A DNA stretch of 58,548 nt from a virus (IMGVR_UViG_3300045855_000047:1-58548), one strand, 5' to 3'. Shown: positions 18,579 through 28,160, counted from the first letter of the stretch. Translations and numbers: made by a program. The notes: generated from the letters alone by a model not told the origin.

Positions 18579-19574
18579 TCACCGAACGGCTTTCAACTTG
18601 GTCGCTTTGGTGCGGTAGTGCTTGGCTGTCAGTGCCTTGCTTGAGTGCTGCAGCAGGGCGCTGGCGGCATCCATATCGTCGGCCAGATCGGCGGCACGCT
18701 TACGGCTATCCCGCAGGTACATGGCCTTTATCTGGTCGGCTAGTGCTGGGTATGCCTTTGCAGCATCCTTGCGGGCCTTGTCGTAGCGAGTGCGCAACAT
18801 GCTTGCGGACACGGTGCGTCCAGTCGGGGTTGTGAGTAGGGTCACGCATTCGGCCTGGCCACGGCGCGCCAGCAGCGCAGTAAGAACGGGTGATTCGCTT
18901 ACCTCGAAGTAAGAAAATTTCCCCTTCTTGCTGGACTTGAACCGCAGCTTGCCATCTACTGGCATACGCACAGTGCGGGCGTCAGTCAGGCGCATGCCGG
19001 TCGTGGTGGCGATGTCCATGCAGTCCTTGAGGATCTGATCGCCGTGCTGGTAGACCGCATTGAACAGTTCGTCTGTGACCTCGAATTCGCGTTCGACTTC
19101 CGGATTTTTCCAGTCCTTCACCCCATTGGCTGGCCACTGCAATTCGGTCATCCCCTCCATGCGGGCATACGACCAGATGATTGACAGCACGGCCATTTCC
19201 CGGTTCCCCTGGGTTTTGGCGGTGCGCTTCTTGAGGTACTGGCGCATTGCTGGCAGGGTGATTTCATACCAGGCCTTTGTTCCGCACCATGCCTCAATTC
19301 GTGCCAGCTGCTTGGTGTACCCGCTGCGCGTTTCCGCGCTTTCGTATGTCGGCAGAACTTCGGCGCGCCATTGGTCGATGGCCTGCTGCACTCGGCCGAT
19401 GGTCAAAGGCTTCTTGTTGTGCAGCAAGTCCCACTGCTCAAGGGCCCTTACATAGTCCCGGCCGAGGCTGATTTCCGGGCCGTGCGGGCGCTGGTCGTAT
19501 GTCCACCAGGTCCACATCTGGCCAGACTTTCCTTTGCGCGTGTGCGTGCGCAGGCGAGGGTGCTTATTTGTCAT
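18579..19574 (-). CDS. int: Tyrosine recombinase (phage integrase)
   Basis: TTGMR, RDSR, LQH and terminal Tyr (KHYR). ATG 19574 overlaps the upstream stop (ATGA). Confidence 0.92.
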   Translation of the reverse strand: MTNKHPRLRTHTRKGKSGQMWTWWTYDQRPHGPEISLGRDYVRALEQWDLLHNKKPLTIGRVQQAIDQWRAEVLPTYESAETRSGYTKQLARIEAWCGTKAWYEITLPAMRQYLKKRTAKTQGNREMAVLSIIWSYARMEGMTELQWPANGVKDWKNPEVEREFEVTDELFNAVYQHGDQILKDCMDIATTTGMRLTDARTVRMPVDGKLRFKSSKKGKFSYFEVSESPVLTALLARRGQAECVTLLTTPTGRTVSASMLRTRYDKARKDAAKAYPALADQIKAMYLRDSRKRAADLADDMDAASALLQHSSKALTAKHYRTKATKLKAVR

Positions 19575-19777
19575 TTCACTGAACCCCAATCGAATTCACC
19601 AGGGCCAACGACTGTACGCCCTTCAAGCCAATTTGTGGCGTGCCTGCTGGCAACAATTACCCGGGCCCCATCAACCCGGTGCGGTATGCCCTTTTCCTTG
19701 AGCCATTGTGCTTGCTTGCCCGGGCGGGCATATCCAGTCAGCGCATGCAGGTCTTGTGAAGATAGAAATTCACTCAT
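19571..19777 (-). CDS. Excisionase-like protein (DUF4224-type)
   Basis: FLSSQDLHALTGYARPGKQAQWLKEKGIP, directly upstream of int. Confidence 0.8.
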   Translation of the reverse strand: MSEFLSSQDLHALTGYARPGKQAQWLKEKGIPHRVDGARVIVASRHATNWLEGRTVVGPGEFDWGSVK

Positions 19778-20184
19778 AGATGCACCTCATATTGATTGCG
19801 CTTTTTCAGGTTTTCAGTCGCGGTGATTACTTGCAAATTTTGGTGAACATGGAGTCCGCTTACCAGTTTTCCATGCAGTGGGTAAATGTGGTCAACGTGG
19901 TGTTCAGTCCCTGTTGCCTTTGTTAGCTTCTGCGCCTCTGAGTAGATTCGCTTGATAGCTGTATGGTCTGCCCATGGCGGTGACTGGCGGGCCGTCGATG
20001 CTCTGCGCTTGGCTGAGTGGAAACGTACCAGTGCTGGCCGGTGGTCTGGCGGTAGTGGCATGGCTTGCCGTATCTGCTCTGCTGCCCGCTCCATTTCCTC
20101 CTTGCGCTGGCGTGTCTCTGCCTGCCATTTCCGAAGTGCTGGATTCATTACCCTGGGTGGCTTGTAATCATCGGTATTCATCAT
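19774..20184 (-). CDS. HNH endonuclease
   Basis: PPWAD...HVDHIYPL...SGLHVHQNLQVITATENLKKRN. Confidence 0.85.
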   Translation of the reverse strand: MMNTDDYKPPRVMNPALRKWQAETRQRKEEMERAAEQIRQAMPLPPDHRPALVRFHSAKRRASTARQSPPWADHTAIKRIYSEAQKLTKATGTEHHVDHIYPLHGKLVSGLHVHQNLQVITATENLKKRNQYEVHL

Positions 20185-20621
20185 CCAACCCCTTGTGCTA
20201 TCTGCTGCATGACGCGCCCATGTTGCTCCACAAGCGCGGCCTGCATAAAGTTTGGGTTGCTATCGCGCATGATGGTTTCGTAAAGGTCAAGCGCAGGCGG
20301 TAGCTCCTGCAGCGCCGGGCCATCCCATCCAAACTTCCCAGTGCGCAGGTACCGGTCTTTACACCGCCTAAGTGCATCCTGCGCAACCATGCAAATTTCC
20401 TCGCACAGTGGGTCTATGCTTTCCGCCCTGACCTTTGTTGTATTCAACGAAACCGCGAGTTCGTCAAAGTGGCTTATGCCTGCATTGCCGTTCTTGATAG
20501 CCTCAAAAGCCAGGCGGGCAGGCAGTGTCAACGTAATAACGTCCTGTTCGGTGAAGGGCTCGATGCGCGCCATCACCTTGTACATGGCCATTGGGTCGGC
20601 CTGGTAGCGGCGGCGTTTCAT
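20181..20621 (-). CDS. Hypothetical phage protein
   Basis: 146-aa ORF with ATGA overlaps at both ends. Confidence 0.75.
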   Translation of the reverse strand: MKRRRYQADPMAMYKVMARIEPFTEQDVITLTLPARLAFEAIKNGNAGISHFDELAVSLNTTKVRAESIDPLCEEICMVAQDALRRCKDRYLRTGKFGWDGPALQELPPALDLYETIMRDSNPNFMQAALVEQHGRVMQQIAQGVG

Positions 20622-20755
20622 ACCTTGTCTTTGTGCTCAGGGCACACCCAGGTGCGGATGCCATCAACACGCATGAGCATCCAGCCCTTGCCGCGTGGCT
20701 TCTTGCAGGCGCATACCGGGCAGTAGCGTGGTGGGTTTTCAGTCTTGGTTGTCAT
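20618..20755 (-). CDS. Small zinc-finger-like protein (45 aa), below the ORF-track cutoff
   Basis: MTTKTENPPRYCPVCACKK...WVCPEHKDKV, CxxC...CxxH. GGAG RBS, stop overlaps the next ATG. Confidence 0.6.
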   Translation of the reverse strand: MTTKTENPPRYCPVCACKKPRGKGWMLMRVDGIRTWVCPEHKDKV

Positions 20756-20921
20756 TGCTTGGCTCTTTGAGGTTTTGCGTCATCCATGAGGTCATTCCTG
20801 CGATGGTGGAGAACACCCATACTTGGCTTAAGTTCAGGTATTGGTTGTGCCCAACTATTTCCCGCACCATCCAGCCGTTGAAAGCCTTGATTACTTCAAA
20901 GTTATTTGGTACGTCGGTCAT
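20739..20921 (-). CDS. Hypothetical protein
   Basis: 60-aa ORF in the leftward operon, ATGA-coupled to the upstream gene. Confidence 0.55.
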   Translation of the reverse strand: MTDVPNNFEVIKAFNGWMVREIVGHNQYLNLSQVWVFSTIAGMTSWMTQNLKEPSNDNQD

Positions 20922-21133
20922 TTGAAATCATCCCCCTGGCGGTCAAGTTCCTGGATGGCGCGGCGTGCGTACACGGCCGCGTCGAGCAGTTCCTCATACT
21001 GGTGTTGCAGCCATTGGCGCAGGCTCAAAGGGTTATCTGCCACGCTACAGCCGTATTTGTTCAAGCCGTATTGCTGGCGCATGAGGATGTCGGCCACCAC
21101 CTGGCGCTCAGTGTCTTGAGTGACGGTTTTCAT
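20918..21133 (-). CDS. Small all-alpha NTP pyrophosphohydrolase-like protein (tentative)
   Basis: RQQYGLNKYG...WLQHQYEELLDAAVY, with an EExxD motif. Start placed at ATG 21133. Confidence 0.6.
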   Translation of the reverse strand: MKTVTQDTERQVVADILMRQQYGLNKYGCSVADNPLSLRQWLQHQYEELLDAAVYARRAIQELDRQGDDFK

Positions 21134-21290
21134 GATGCAAGCCCTGTAGATCCACGATTCAGGCCGACGCACTGCGCGACCGGTGGTTTGTGCTCGGTGC
21201 GCTGTCCATTGTTCAGACTTGGCACCTTCGTTGCGTTTGCAGATCCGGCGCGCGGGCTGCTCATTGGTTCGGGTTTGAAGTGATTGGAGC

Positions 21291-21548
21291 TCACTGCACA
21301 TTCCCCAGTAGCTTCGCTGTGCCTTCGAGGTTTTCAGCGGTACCGCGCAGCATACCGATGGCAACCACCGGGCCAAAGTTCTCGGATACGGCGCCGGCAA
21401 TGAAGGCAATCATGCCGGCCATCATGCGCACCACCTGATCATCAGTTGCCTGCTTGGCTGCTTCGTTGATAGTCGGGCCCAGTGCATCCGCTGCAAGCTG
21501 GGCGCCCACTTCCTCCGGCGTACCGGTGTAATCTGTTTTTTGGTTCAT
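21291..21548 (-). CDS. Hypothetical protein
   Basis: ATG 21548 after AAGGGA. An operator-like site overlaps the RBS (21554-21567). Confidence 0.6.
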   Translation of the reverse strand: MNQKTDYTGTPEEVGAQLAADALGPTINEAAKQATDDQVVRMMAGMIAFIAGAVSENFGPVVAIGMLRGTAENLEGTAKLLGNVQ

Positions 21549-21570
21549 AAAATATCCCTTTTCGGTTATT

Positions 21571-22038
21571 TCAAAACGGAATTCCATCATCAAAATCATC
21601 AAGCCCACCACTTGTAGGTGGTGGTGCTGCACGCATAGGTGCACGCGCTGCTGGGGCTGGCGCCGTACTGCGAGGCGCATCAGACTGTTGGCGCTGTCCT
21701 CCACTGTTGCCGTAGTTGCATCCGGTAATGAAGTCGATGTTGTTGACGCGCGCCGACATCTTGAAGCCTGGGGATCCATCGCGTTTCTTGAATTCCTCCA
21801 TGCGCACATCCTCAAGCTGCACATCCCATGTCGTGCCCTTGAGTAGCCATTCCTCCATCCTGGGGCCGCGCTCACCCCACAGAGCGCAGTCAACCCATTG
21901 GGTAGGCTTCTTGCCGTCCTGGCCCTTCTTGCCGTAGTTGTAGGCCAGGCTGAGGGTGGTCACCTGGTCACCGGCTGCGGTGCTTCTAACCTCCGCATCG
22001 CGCCCGAGCATCATCGGGCCTTTCATCATCACTGCCAT
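21571..22038 (-). CDS. ssb: Single-stranded DNA-binding protein
   Basis: LGRDAEVR...TQWVDCALWGER OB-fold and acidic tail DDFDDGIPF. Confidence 0.93.
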   Translation of the reverse strand: MAVMMKGPMMLGRDAEVRSTAAGDQVTTLSLAYNYGKKGQDGKKPTQWVDCALWGERGPRMEEWLLKGTTWDVQLEDVRMEEFKKRDGSPGFKMSARVNNIDFITGCNYGNSGGQRQQSDAPRSTAPAPAARAPMRAAPPPTSGGLDDFDDGIPF

Positions 22039-22040
22039 GA

Positions 22041-22454
22041 TCAGAACTTCTTTCCACCGACATCGCGCCGGTTTTCGGGTTTATGGTCAGCACGCTGGCC
22101 GTTGTAGACCAGCTTTTCTGCGATGGCGCTGGCCACATCAAGGCCCAGTCCACCGCTCATATCAAAGATTCTGATAACGGCATCGGCCAATTCGACCTCC
22201 AGCATCGTGCGGTGTGGGAGCTTGTCGTCCATCAGCAGCTTGCGATGGCCTTCCATGGCCTCGCTAACTTCGGAGTGAACCAGGCACAGCAGTTCGCCCA
22301 CGTTCTTGAGTGGCTGGATCTTCGGGTAACCCTTGCTAGTCAGATCAATACCCGTACCGAGCTCATTCCACCAGCCGTTTTGCTTGGCCTGGCCATGGCA
22401 AAAGAAGGTCAATTCAGCGCCAGCGTGTTCGATGGCAGAAAGATCAAGTTTCAC
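22041..22454 (-). CDS. MazG-like nucleotide pyrophosphohydrolase
   Basis: LVHSEVSEAMEGHRK...EVELADAVIRIFD. GTG start overlaps the upstream stop. Confidence 0.85.
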   Translation of the reverse strand: MKLDLSAIEHAGAELTFFCHGQAKQNGWWNELGTGIDLTSKGYPKIQPLKNVGELLCLVHSEVSEAMEGHRKLLMDDKLPHRTMLEVELADAVIRIFDMSGGLGLDVASAIAEKLVYNGQRADHKPENRRDVGGKKF

Positions 22455-22801
22455 GCTGCAGCCCTCAGTTTCTTGTCGGGGATGATCAGCCATACCCGGC
22501 CCTTACCGTCAGACTGGTAATGCTTGGTGGTGCGCACGACACCCTCCTTGCCGGTGCGCTTGAGCCAGGTATTCAGGGCATGCCCAATCTTCCCGGCATC
22601 CTCACTGGTGCATACCAGGCACTGCCCACTCTTCATCTTGGAGAACACACTTTCATACTTGTGCTCGGACGTGATGCGGGAAGTCTGGATTGGGTCGTTG
22701 GCAATGGTCAGCGACTCAGGATCAACAAAGCGCGCTGGCTTTTTCACCTGGGGGGCAAAGGGGCTTGCGCCTCTTGCGAATGCGGTCTTAATGTTAGTCA
22801 T
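22451..22801 (-). CDS. Hypothetical protein, possibly DNA-binding
   Basis: Basic 116-aa ORF in the operon. Confidence 0.6.
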   Translation of the reverse strand: MTNIKTAFARGASPFAPQVKKPARFVDPESLTIANDPIQTSRITSEHKYESVFSKMKSGQCLVCTSEDAGKIGHALNTWLKRTGKEGVVRTTKHYQSDGKGRVWLIIPDKKLRAAA

Positions 22802-22892
22802 GATGTTTGAATGTTGGTGGGGGCTTGTTATGCTCGGCGTTCCCTCCGGCATACTTGTTTAAGGCGTCTTTTCGCCGCGCCCCCATTAATCG

Positions 22893-23762
22893 TTAAGGCG
22901 TACCCAGCAGCACCTGGTAGCCGGACTTCTCGCGCAGGATGGCGACATAGCCACTGAATGCATCATCGACGGCGCGCTCGTAGCGGTCCAGTTCAAACCA
23001 GAACTTTATTGAACCGGAGTGGAGGCGATACTTCAAACGGGCCTTGAGCTTGTAGCCTTCTCCGTTTTTGAAGATGCGCAGCCCAAGGTTGAATTCCTTT
23101 GGAATCTCCATAGCACCATTGGCACCAGCGCGGGCATCGATTGCTTCGGTGTACGAAAGCTGCACCTGTCCGTTTTGCAGGCGCTTGGCGCTGGCAAAGT
23201 TGATATCAGTCTTGGCCTGGATAGTAGTCGCCATTTCCAGCATGGCGGTAGCCGCTGGATCGGTGATGTCGGCCATGTTGTCCTCTACGAATTCCGCAAA
23301 CTCAGTCTGCGTGAATTGGTGGTTGTTCTTGCCTACCCACTTGGCAAATTCAGGCGTGTACTCGGCTTTGAATTCGGCACGATGATCGCGCCATCCTTCG
23401 GTGAAGCGTTGGTCATTGAAAACGGCCGTGATCTTGCGGCTGTCCGGGTCCGCATAGATATAGCCATAGGGGATTGCCGTGCCGGCTGGGTTGTCTTGGT
23501 CCTTGCAATAGGCCATCAGGCTGTCCAAGTCCTTGAGCATTGCGGTACCGGACTTGCGGCGCGGTGCCGGCTGCATCTTCTCCACTGCACGGCTGATGTC
23601 CTCCAGCTTGAAGCCCTGGGGGACGATAGCGTGGAAATAGTCACCTTGTTCATGCACATCAACGCATGCGGCGGAAAGGGCCGTGATCATGCCGGTGAGT
23701 TGCATTACTTCGCCCATGGCAGATTTGCCGATTGGGCCGGGTTGTTGTTGGTCAAGTGCCAT
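22893..23762 (-). CDS. DUF2303 (YfdQ-like) protein
   Basis: GWRDHRA...FTQTEFAEFVEDN...IPKEFNLGLRIF...ARLKYR pattern. Confidence 0.8.
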   Translation of the reverse strand: MALDQQQPGPIGKSAMGEVMQLTGMITALSAACVDVHEQGDYFHAIVPQGFKLEDISRAVEKMQPAPRRKSGTAMLKDLDSLMAYCKDQDNPAGTAIPYGYIYADPDSRKITAVFNDQRFTEGWRDHRAEFKAEYTPEFAKWVGKNNHQFTQTEFAEFVEDNMADITDPAATAMLEMATTIQAKTDINFASAKRLQNGQVQLSYTEAIDARAGANGAMEIPKEFNLGLRIFKNGEGYKLKARLKYRLHSGSIKFWFELDRYERAVDDAFSGYVAILREKSGYQVLLGTP

Positions 23763-24173
23763 TTAGATTGCTTTCAGGTTTTGGATAACGCCATCGGCGT
23801 CGGGTTCGGTGAAGGTTGCGGCGAATGCCTCTTTAACCGGGTCGCGCAGGCCTCCGCGCTCATCGCCCGCGCTGCGTAGGTCAAGAGCATGCTGGCGAGG
23901 ATGCTGGCGGGTGGGTTCGGCATCTTCGGTGAGCCAGAAGAAATCAGAAGGCTGCTCAGGTTTGGGCAATTCCAGCTTGCGGTCAGCGGTGATCGTCACC
24001 TTGTCCACGCTGTAACCGCCCTTGCTGGCGCTGGCAATCTTGATCTTGAGCGTCATGCTGCCGGTCTTGCCTGTCTGCTGGACCTGGGTGAAAAGCTCTT
24101 GTAGGTCGGCGGAGAGGCCTGCGTGGGTGGTCCCATCATTCAGGTCCACCAGGAATTGGTTAAAGGCTTTCAT
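23763..24173 (-). CDS. Conserved partner of DUF2303 (YfdP-like)
   Basis: VQQTGKTGSMTLKIKI...FFWLTED...HPRQ, adjacent to DUF2303. Confidence 0.7.
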   Translation of the reverse strand: MKAFNQFLVDLNDGTTHAGLSADLQELFTQVQQTGKTGSMTLKIKIASASKGGYSVDKVTITADRKLELPKPEQPSDFFWLTEDAEPTRQHPRQHALDLRSAGDERGGLRDPVKEAFAATFTEPDADGVIQNLKAI

Positions 24174-24187
24174 GGGGTAGGGTGTCC

Positions 24188-24463
24188 TTATTCTTCGTGT
24201 GGAACGTACTTGTCGAAGTTGGTGATCGGCTTGATGTGCTTGCCAAAAAACTTGCCAATAGATTCAGCCTTGATCATTTCCTTGAACGTCTTTTCTTCCA
24301 CATTGGGGTAGTGGTAGACCGATTTGCCATGGTTGAAAGTAACGGCCAGAGTCTTGGTTTCTGGGTCGTAACCGACTTCCTTTACCTGCTTGGAAGTGAC
24401 GCCGGTTAGCGAAATAACCGGTATCGGTTTTTTGGTGACGTGGTGAACGTACTTGCTGTGCAT
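24188..24463 (-). CDS. KTSC domain protein
   Basis: VTSKQVKEVGYDPETKTLAVTFNHGKSVYHYPNV...AESIGKFFGKHIK. Confidence 0.88.
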   Translation of the reverse strand: MHSKYVHHVTKKPIPVISLTGVTSKQVKEVGYDPETKTLAVTFNHGKSVYHYPNVEEKTFKEMIKAESIGKFFGKHIKPITNFDKYVPHEE

Positions 24464-24497
24464 GGTTTACTCCTGGTTGGTTGGTTGGGGGAAAGGG

Positions 24498-25334
24498 TTA
24501 GGCGGCGCGTGCCGACATCGTGGACTTCTGGAATACGCGCACGCCGGGGAGGGCGGTATTCATGCCGGTGGCGCGCACCTGGTTGCGCAGCTTCACGCTA
24601 TCGGCAATCACAAGGCTGATCAATTCAGGGTGTGCTGCAATATGAACAATCAAGGCATACAGGTCCACCACTTCAAAGTCAATGCTCTTGCTGGTGCTGA
24701 TTCCGGAAACCTTGGCCGGCGCCTGCACGGTAGCGGGCATGCTGACCACAGCAGATGTGATGGCAGTTGCCTGGGCCTCTGCGGCTGCAGCCTCTGCAAC
24801 TTCGGCTTGCTTGGCGGCTTCTGCATTGGCAATAGCTGCGGCCTCTGCATCACCCTTTGCTGCAGCCTCCTGGGCGGCGCGTTGGGCCTCTTCCGCAGCA
24901 TGGGCAGCAGCGCGTGCAGCTTCTTCCTGTTTGCGCTGTTCTGCGGCCAGGCGTTCACGCTCCTGGCGTGCCAGTTCCTCAGCCTTGCGGCGGGCAATCT
25001 CGGCCAGGCGCTGCTGCTCCTGGGTGTACGTCAGCATCGCGCCCTTGAGCTTGACTTCGGCCTGATCCAAATAGCTGGCGGGCTGGCGGAACAGATCATT
25101 GATGGCGCGAATGGCCTGATTTAGCGGGCCGGTGATGCTGGTACGGGTTTCTTCAACCTTCTTTTGCAGGCCCTTGACGCCACGCAGATCATCGCCAGCA
25201 GCTTCAAGCATTTCATCACTGTCGATGGTGAAGTCAGCGGCGTTTGCCAGGGCGCGCTGGGCCTGGCCAGTGAACACAATGGCGCTGGATGCGTCATAGG
25301 CCAGTTGGCCCTGGGTTTGAACAGTTTCAGACAT
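24498..25334 (-). CDS. Coiled-coil protein of the recombination module
   Basis: Long E/A/Q/R helix, C-terminal LPGVRVF, next to the exonuclease and RecT genes. Confidence 0.7.
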   Translation of the reverse strand: MSETVQTQGQLAYDASSAIVFTGQAQRALANAADFTIDSDEMLEAAGDDLRGVKGLQKKVEETRTSITGPLNQAIRAINDLFRQPASYLDQAEVKLKGAMLTYTQEQQRLAEIARRKAEELARQERERLAAEQRKQEEAARAAAHAAEEAQRAAQEAAAKGDAEAAAIANAEAAKQAEVAEAAAAEAQATAITSAVVSMPATVQAPAKVSGISTSKSIDFEVVDLYALIVHIAAHPELISLVIADSVKLRNQVRATGMNTALPGVRVFQKSTMSARAA

Positions 25335-25936
25335 TAGGTTTTTTCCTTGAAATTGAGGGTGATGTTGTGGCGGCTGCAAAAGCCGCTGAGGGTTATCAGG
25401 CTGGCAAAGGTTGCCCAGTCCAGAGGCGAGGTGTAGGCCTTGAGCTCGTACCCGCTGGGGAACAGGCGCACGGCATAGCGTTTGATGCTCCTGGCAACCA
25501 CTGGCACGTGGGCCTGGGCATACGCGGCGGTCTGTGGACCGGTAGATGGGAACAGCTTGGAGCCGCTCTTGATGTCGACAATGGCCCGCTCACCGTCCAC
25601 CAGGCCAAAGCGGTCCAGTGTTCCGGCATAGCCCATGGCCTTGTCGTAGACCCGTAGCTCAATGCCTTCCCACTTGCTGCACTGGTGTTCTTGGCAGAAC
25701 AAAATCCAGCCTTGAAGGTAGGGCTCAAGCTCTGGGTCCAGTGCGTCATGGTCCAGCGTGCCCAAGTCCCACAATTCACAAGCAGAATGAACTGCTGTGC
25801 CAAAGTCCTGCGCAGCGCGCAACACCTCGGGGTCCACAAAGTCAAAATTGCTGAGTGGTTGCAGGATCTGAGTAACCGATGGCACTACCTTCGTGCCATC
25901 CCGGTACTCGTGCTTGACTGGATCGAAGGTCAACAT
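25334..25936 (-). CDS. PD-(D/E)XK exonuclease
   Basis: PSVTQIL, GTAVH, YAGTLDR, IVDIKSG, QTAAY motifs. Confidence 0.85.
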   Translation of the reverse strand: MLTFDPVKHEYRDGTKVVPSVTQILQPLSNFDFVDPEVLRAAQDFGTAVHSACELWDLGTLDHDALDPELEPYLQGWILFCQEHQCSKWEGIELRVYDKAMGYAGTLDRFGLVDGERAIVDIKSGSKLFPSTGPQTAAYAQAHVPVVARSIKRYAVRLFPSGYELKAYTSPLDWATFASLITLSGFCSRHNITLNFKEKT

Positions 25937-26995
25937 TTACGCGGCCTTTGGTAGTTGGTCCTTGAGCGCAACAAAGCCATCTTTTGTCAGTCCGTCCAGA
26001 TCGGGCGCCAGGCCAGTGAGGCCGGCGCGGTCGATCAGATCCAGAATGTCCAGATTGTTGTTGCGTGCCCGGTTCAGGATCAGCTTGCGCTCTCCGTCAG
26101 TTGCCATGGCGCCGGCCGGGTATTCAACGGGCGGCTTCTTTTGTTCTGCTTCAACTCCCTGAATAGGCGCACCTGTTGGCTTATTTGCGGACTCTTCCTG
26201 TGCAGCACGTGCCACCGGCATGGAGACTTGTGGCTTGCGGCTGTTGGTAATCTCTCCAGTGTCTTGGTCAATCGATTCATTGCTGACCGTCACAAAGTCG
26301 CCTTCGATGATTGCGCTTTGTCCGGCTTCTGCCGCATGCGACACCGTGATAGCGTTTGCGAGTTCTATGCTGGATGGCATGTATTTCAGGACTTGGAGCA
26401 GCGCAACCTTGCGTGCATACATTTCAAAGTTGCTATCGCTGGCCAGTGCGTAATGACGCCCGCCCACCTTGTTGTACTGGTTCAGGTGCTTGGTCACTTT
26501 GCCGCGTGTCCAGACTTCAATAACAGGCATCTGTGCATCCTTGACGCGGCCAATGGCGTAAACGTGCGTGAAGTCTCCTTCGCTATCACCCGGTTTATGG
26601 CGGCAAAAAGGTGCATCACCTAGCTGGTAATCGAATTCGTCACCTGCATAAACGGCGCCGGTCCAAACTGTTGCACGACCGGCGCGCGATACCAGGTCTA
26701 CCAAGCCCTTCCAGCCAGGCACAAAGGTGCATGTGTCTTTGTAGGGGATCAAATAGCCCTGGCCATTTATGCCAGGCTCCAGGCCTAGCTGGGTAGCAGT
26801 CATCAGGCTGGCCAATATGCTGTCGGTACGGCAATTCTGCAAAGCCTTAGTGGTGCTGAATGCCGTGAGCGCCAGGCGGGCCATGCGGTCTGCACTCATG
26901 TGTTTTGGAAGAGCCAGCGCCATCTGTGGCTTCATGCGTTCGAGCACCTTCGAGAAGGCCGCGACTGGCGATTGGGTTGCGACTGCTTGGGACAT
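25937..26995 (-). CDS. recT: RecT-family single-strand annealing protein
   Basis: ALPKHMSADRMARLA...QLGLEP...GYLIPY...GWKGLVDLVSR. Confidence 0.9.
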   Translation of the reverse strand: MSQAVATQSPVAAFSKVLERMKPQMALALPKHMSADRMARLALTAFSTTKALQNCRTDSILASLMTATQLGLEPGINGQGYLIPYKDTCTFVPGWKGLVDLVSRAGRATVWTGAVYAGDEFDYQLGDAPFCRHKPGDSEGDFTHVYAIGRVKDAQMPVIEVWTRGKVTKHLNQYNKVGGRHYALASDSNFEMYARKVALLQVLKYMPSSIELANAITVSHAAEAGQSAIIEGDFVTVSNESIDQDTGEITNSRKPQVSMPVARAAQEESANKPTGAPIQGVEAEQKKPPVEYPAGAMATDGERKLILNRARNNNLDILDLIDRAGLTGLAPDLDGLTKDGFVALKDQLPKAA

Positions 26996-27028
26996 TTAGG
27001 GTTTTCTCCTTGGGTGGTTGGTAATTGG

Positions 27029-27238
27029 TTAGGCCGCGGCCGTTTGAAGCACGCGAACCGTGTCGGTGTTTTTGAGTGCAAGGGACCATGTATCGTTGTT
27101 GGCGCGCAAGATGGTCCAGCCGTCTGCACTCATTGGCTCGGCCTCTTCGATAACGACATCCCAACGGGGTGTGTCAAAGATCACCGTGTTGCCTGGCTTG
27201 ACGTTGATTGCCTGGGTTGATTTGAAAGAGCGGTTCAT
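27029..27238 (-). CDS. Small beta-barrel (SH3/KOW-like) protein, paralog of 28474-28782
   Basis: AINVKPGNTVIFDTP aligns with AEEVRPGDVIVFDEP. Confidence 0.6.
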   Translation of the reverse strand: MNRSFKSTQAINVKPGNTVIFDTPRWDVVIEEAEPMSADGWTILRANNDTWSLALKNTDTVRVLQTAAA

Positions 27239-27510
27239 GCTGATGCCTCTTTGCTAAATTGAATGTAAAAAGTTGGTCCCCATGCCGCGTTGGCATTAAT
27301 TGGGCTGCACACAATCCCTGCCTCGGTGAGGATCTGGCGTGCTGCCATAAGGGGCTCTATTTCTTTGCTGTCGGCCTTGTTGAATACCTGACCACCGGCA
27401 AACCGAGCAAACCCGCTTGACTTGACTCCCACGGATTCAATACGGCCTTTGAGCGCCGCGTTTGCTTTCCTGCTCAGGGCTGAACCTAAGTTGCTGCGCG
27501 CGCCGATCAC
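27235..27510 (-). CDS. Hypothetical protein
   Basis: GAGGT RBS, GTG start overlapping the upstream TGA. Confidence 0.55.
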   Translation of the reverse strand: MIGARSNLGSALSRKANAALKGRIESVGVKSSGFARFAGGQVFNKADSKEIEPLMAARQILTEAGIVCSPINANAAWGPTFYIQFSKEASA

Positions 27511-27719
27511 GCCATCACCTCTTCGAGGCTGTAGGCTTCTTCCTGCTTGATTTCGTAGCCCAGTTGGGCCGCCATGGTGATTACAAATTCCGAGAGGGTT
27601 TTGGTTCCGGCGATCTGCGCGAAGAGCTTTGCTTGCGCATTGACCGGATAGATGACTTGCTTGCCGTAGTTGTTGACCAACTTCACGACAATCACTTTTT
27701 CCTTGAGTACCTGTGCCAT
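27507..27719 (-). CDS. Hypothetical phage protein
   Basis: AGGAG RBS, first gene after a leftward promoter. Confidence 0.7.
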   Translation of the reverse strand: MAQVLKEKVIVVKLVNNYGKQVIYPVNAQAKLFAQIAGTKTLSEFVITMAAQLGYEIKQEEAYSLEEVMA

Positions 27720-27795
27720 TTTTCACTCCTGTTTAATTCCTGACCACATCTGTATTATGAACCGTAAACGGATAACAAACAATCCCCTAACGGTT
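27716..27795 (-). promoter_or_regulatory. Leftward early promoter 2 with two operators and a 29-bp leader shared with promoter 1
   Basis: TTGTTT-17-CATAAT. Operators at 27760-27773 and 27782-27795. 27716-27744 is identical to 29675-29703. Confidence 0.75.
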
Positions 27796-28068
27796 ATTTT
27801 TTTGCGTTCCTCCTGCTGCGATTGCAGCGTAGATCAGCTTGAACCCAGACGCACGGCAGTATTCGATCTTGCGCAGTGGCATGGCCGTTATCACGGGTTC
27901 ATCCATTTCATTGAAGTACCCAACTAGCTCATACCGTGCAGCATCACGTTGCGCCGCCTCAAGCTCTACAGCCTGTGATCGAATTAGAGTGGCAGCTTCA
28001 GCACAGTGGCTGTACCCGAAAAATCCCTCAAGCTCTTGAGCAAGCTCAAAGGCTTTTCTGCTTTCCAT
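27787..28068 (-). CDS. Hypothetical protein
   Basis: AGGAGG RBS before ATG 28068; RDAARY motif common in phage early proteins. Confidence 0.6.
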   Translation of the reverse strand: MESRKAFELAQELEGFFGYSHCAEAATLIRSQAVELEAAQRDAARYELVGYFNEMDEPVITAMPLRKIEYCRASGFKLIYAAIAAGGTQKNNR

Positions 28069-28160
28069 CACCATCCTCCTTGATGCGGGTTGTAGGCGCT
28101 CAGGTACTTCTCGCACCAGGCACCAACGGCCTGCCAAACTCTGAGGGCCAATTCGATCAT
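28068..28160 (-). CDS. 30-aa peptide, translationally coupled on both sides
   Basis: MIELALRVWQAVGAWCEKYLSAYNPHQGGW. GGAG RBS, ATGA overlap at the start, TGATG overlap at the end. Confidence 0.45.
   Translation of the reverse strand: MIELALRVWQAVGAWCEKYLSAYNPHQGGW

Noticed and set aside
18429-18644. 71-aa ORF MVPGAGIEPAR...
   Set aside because: Translation of the antisense strand of a tRNA 3' end, a familiar artefact.
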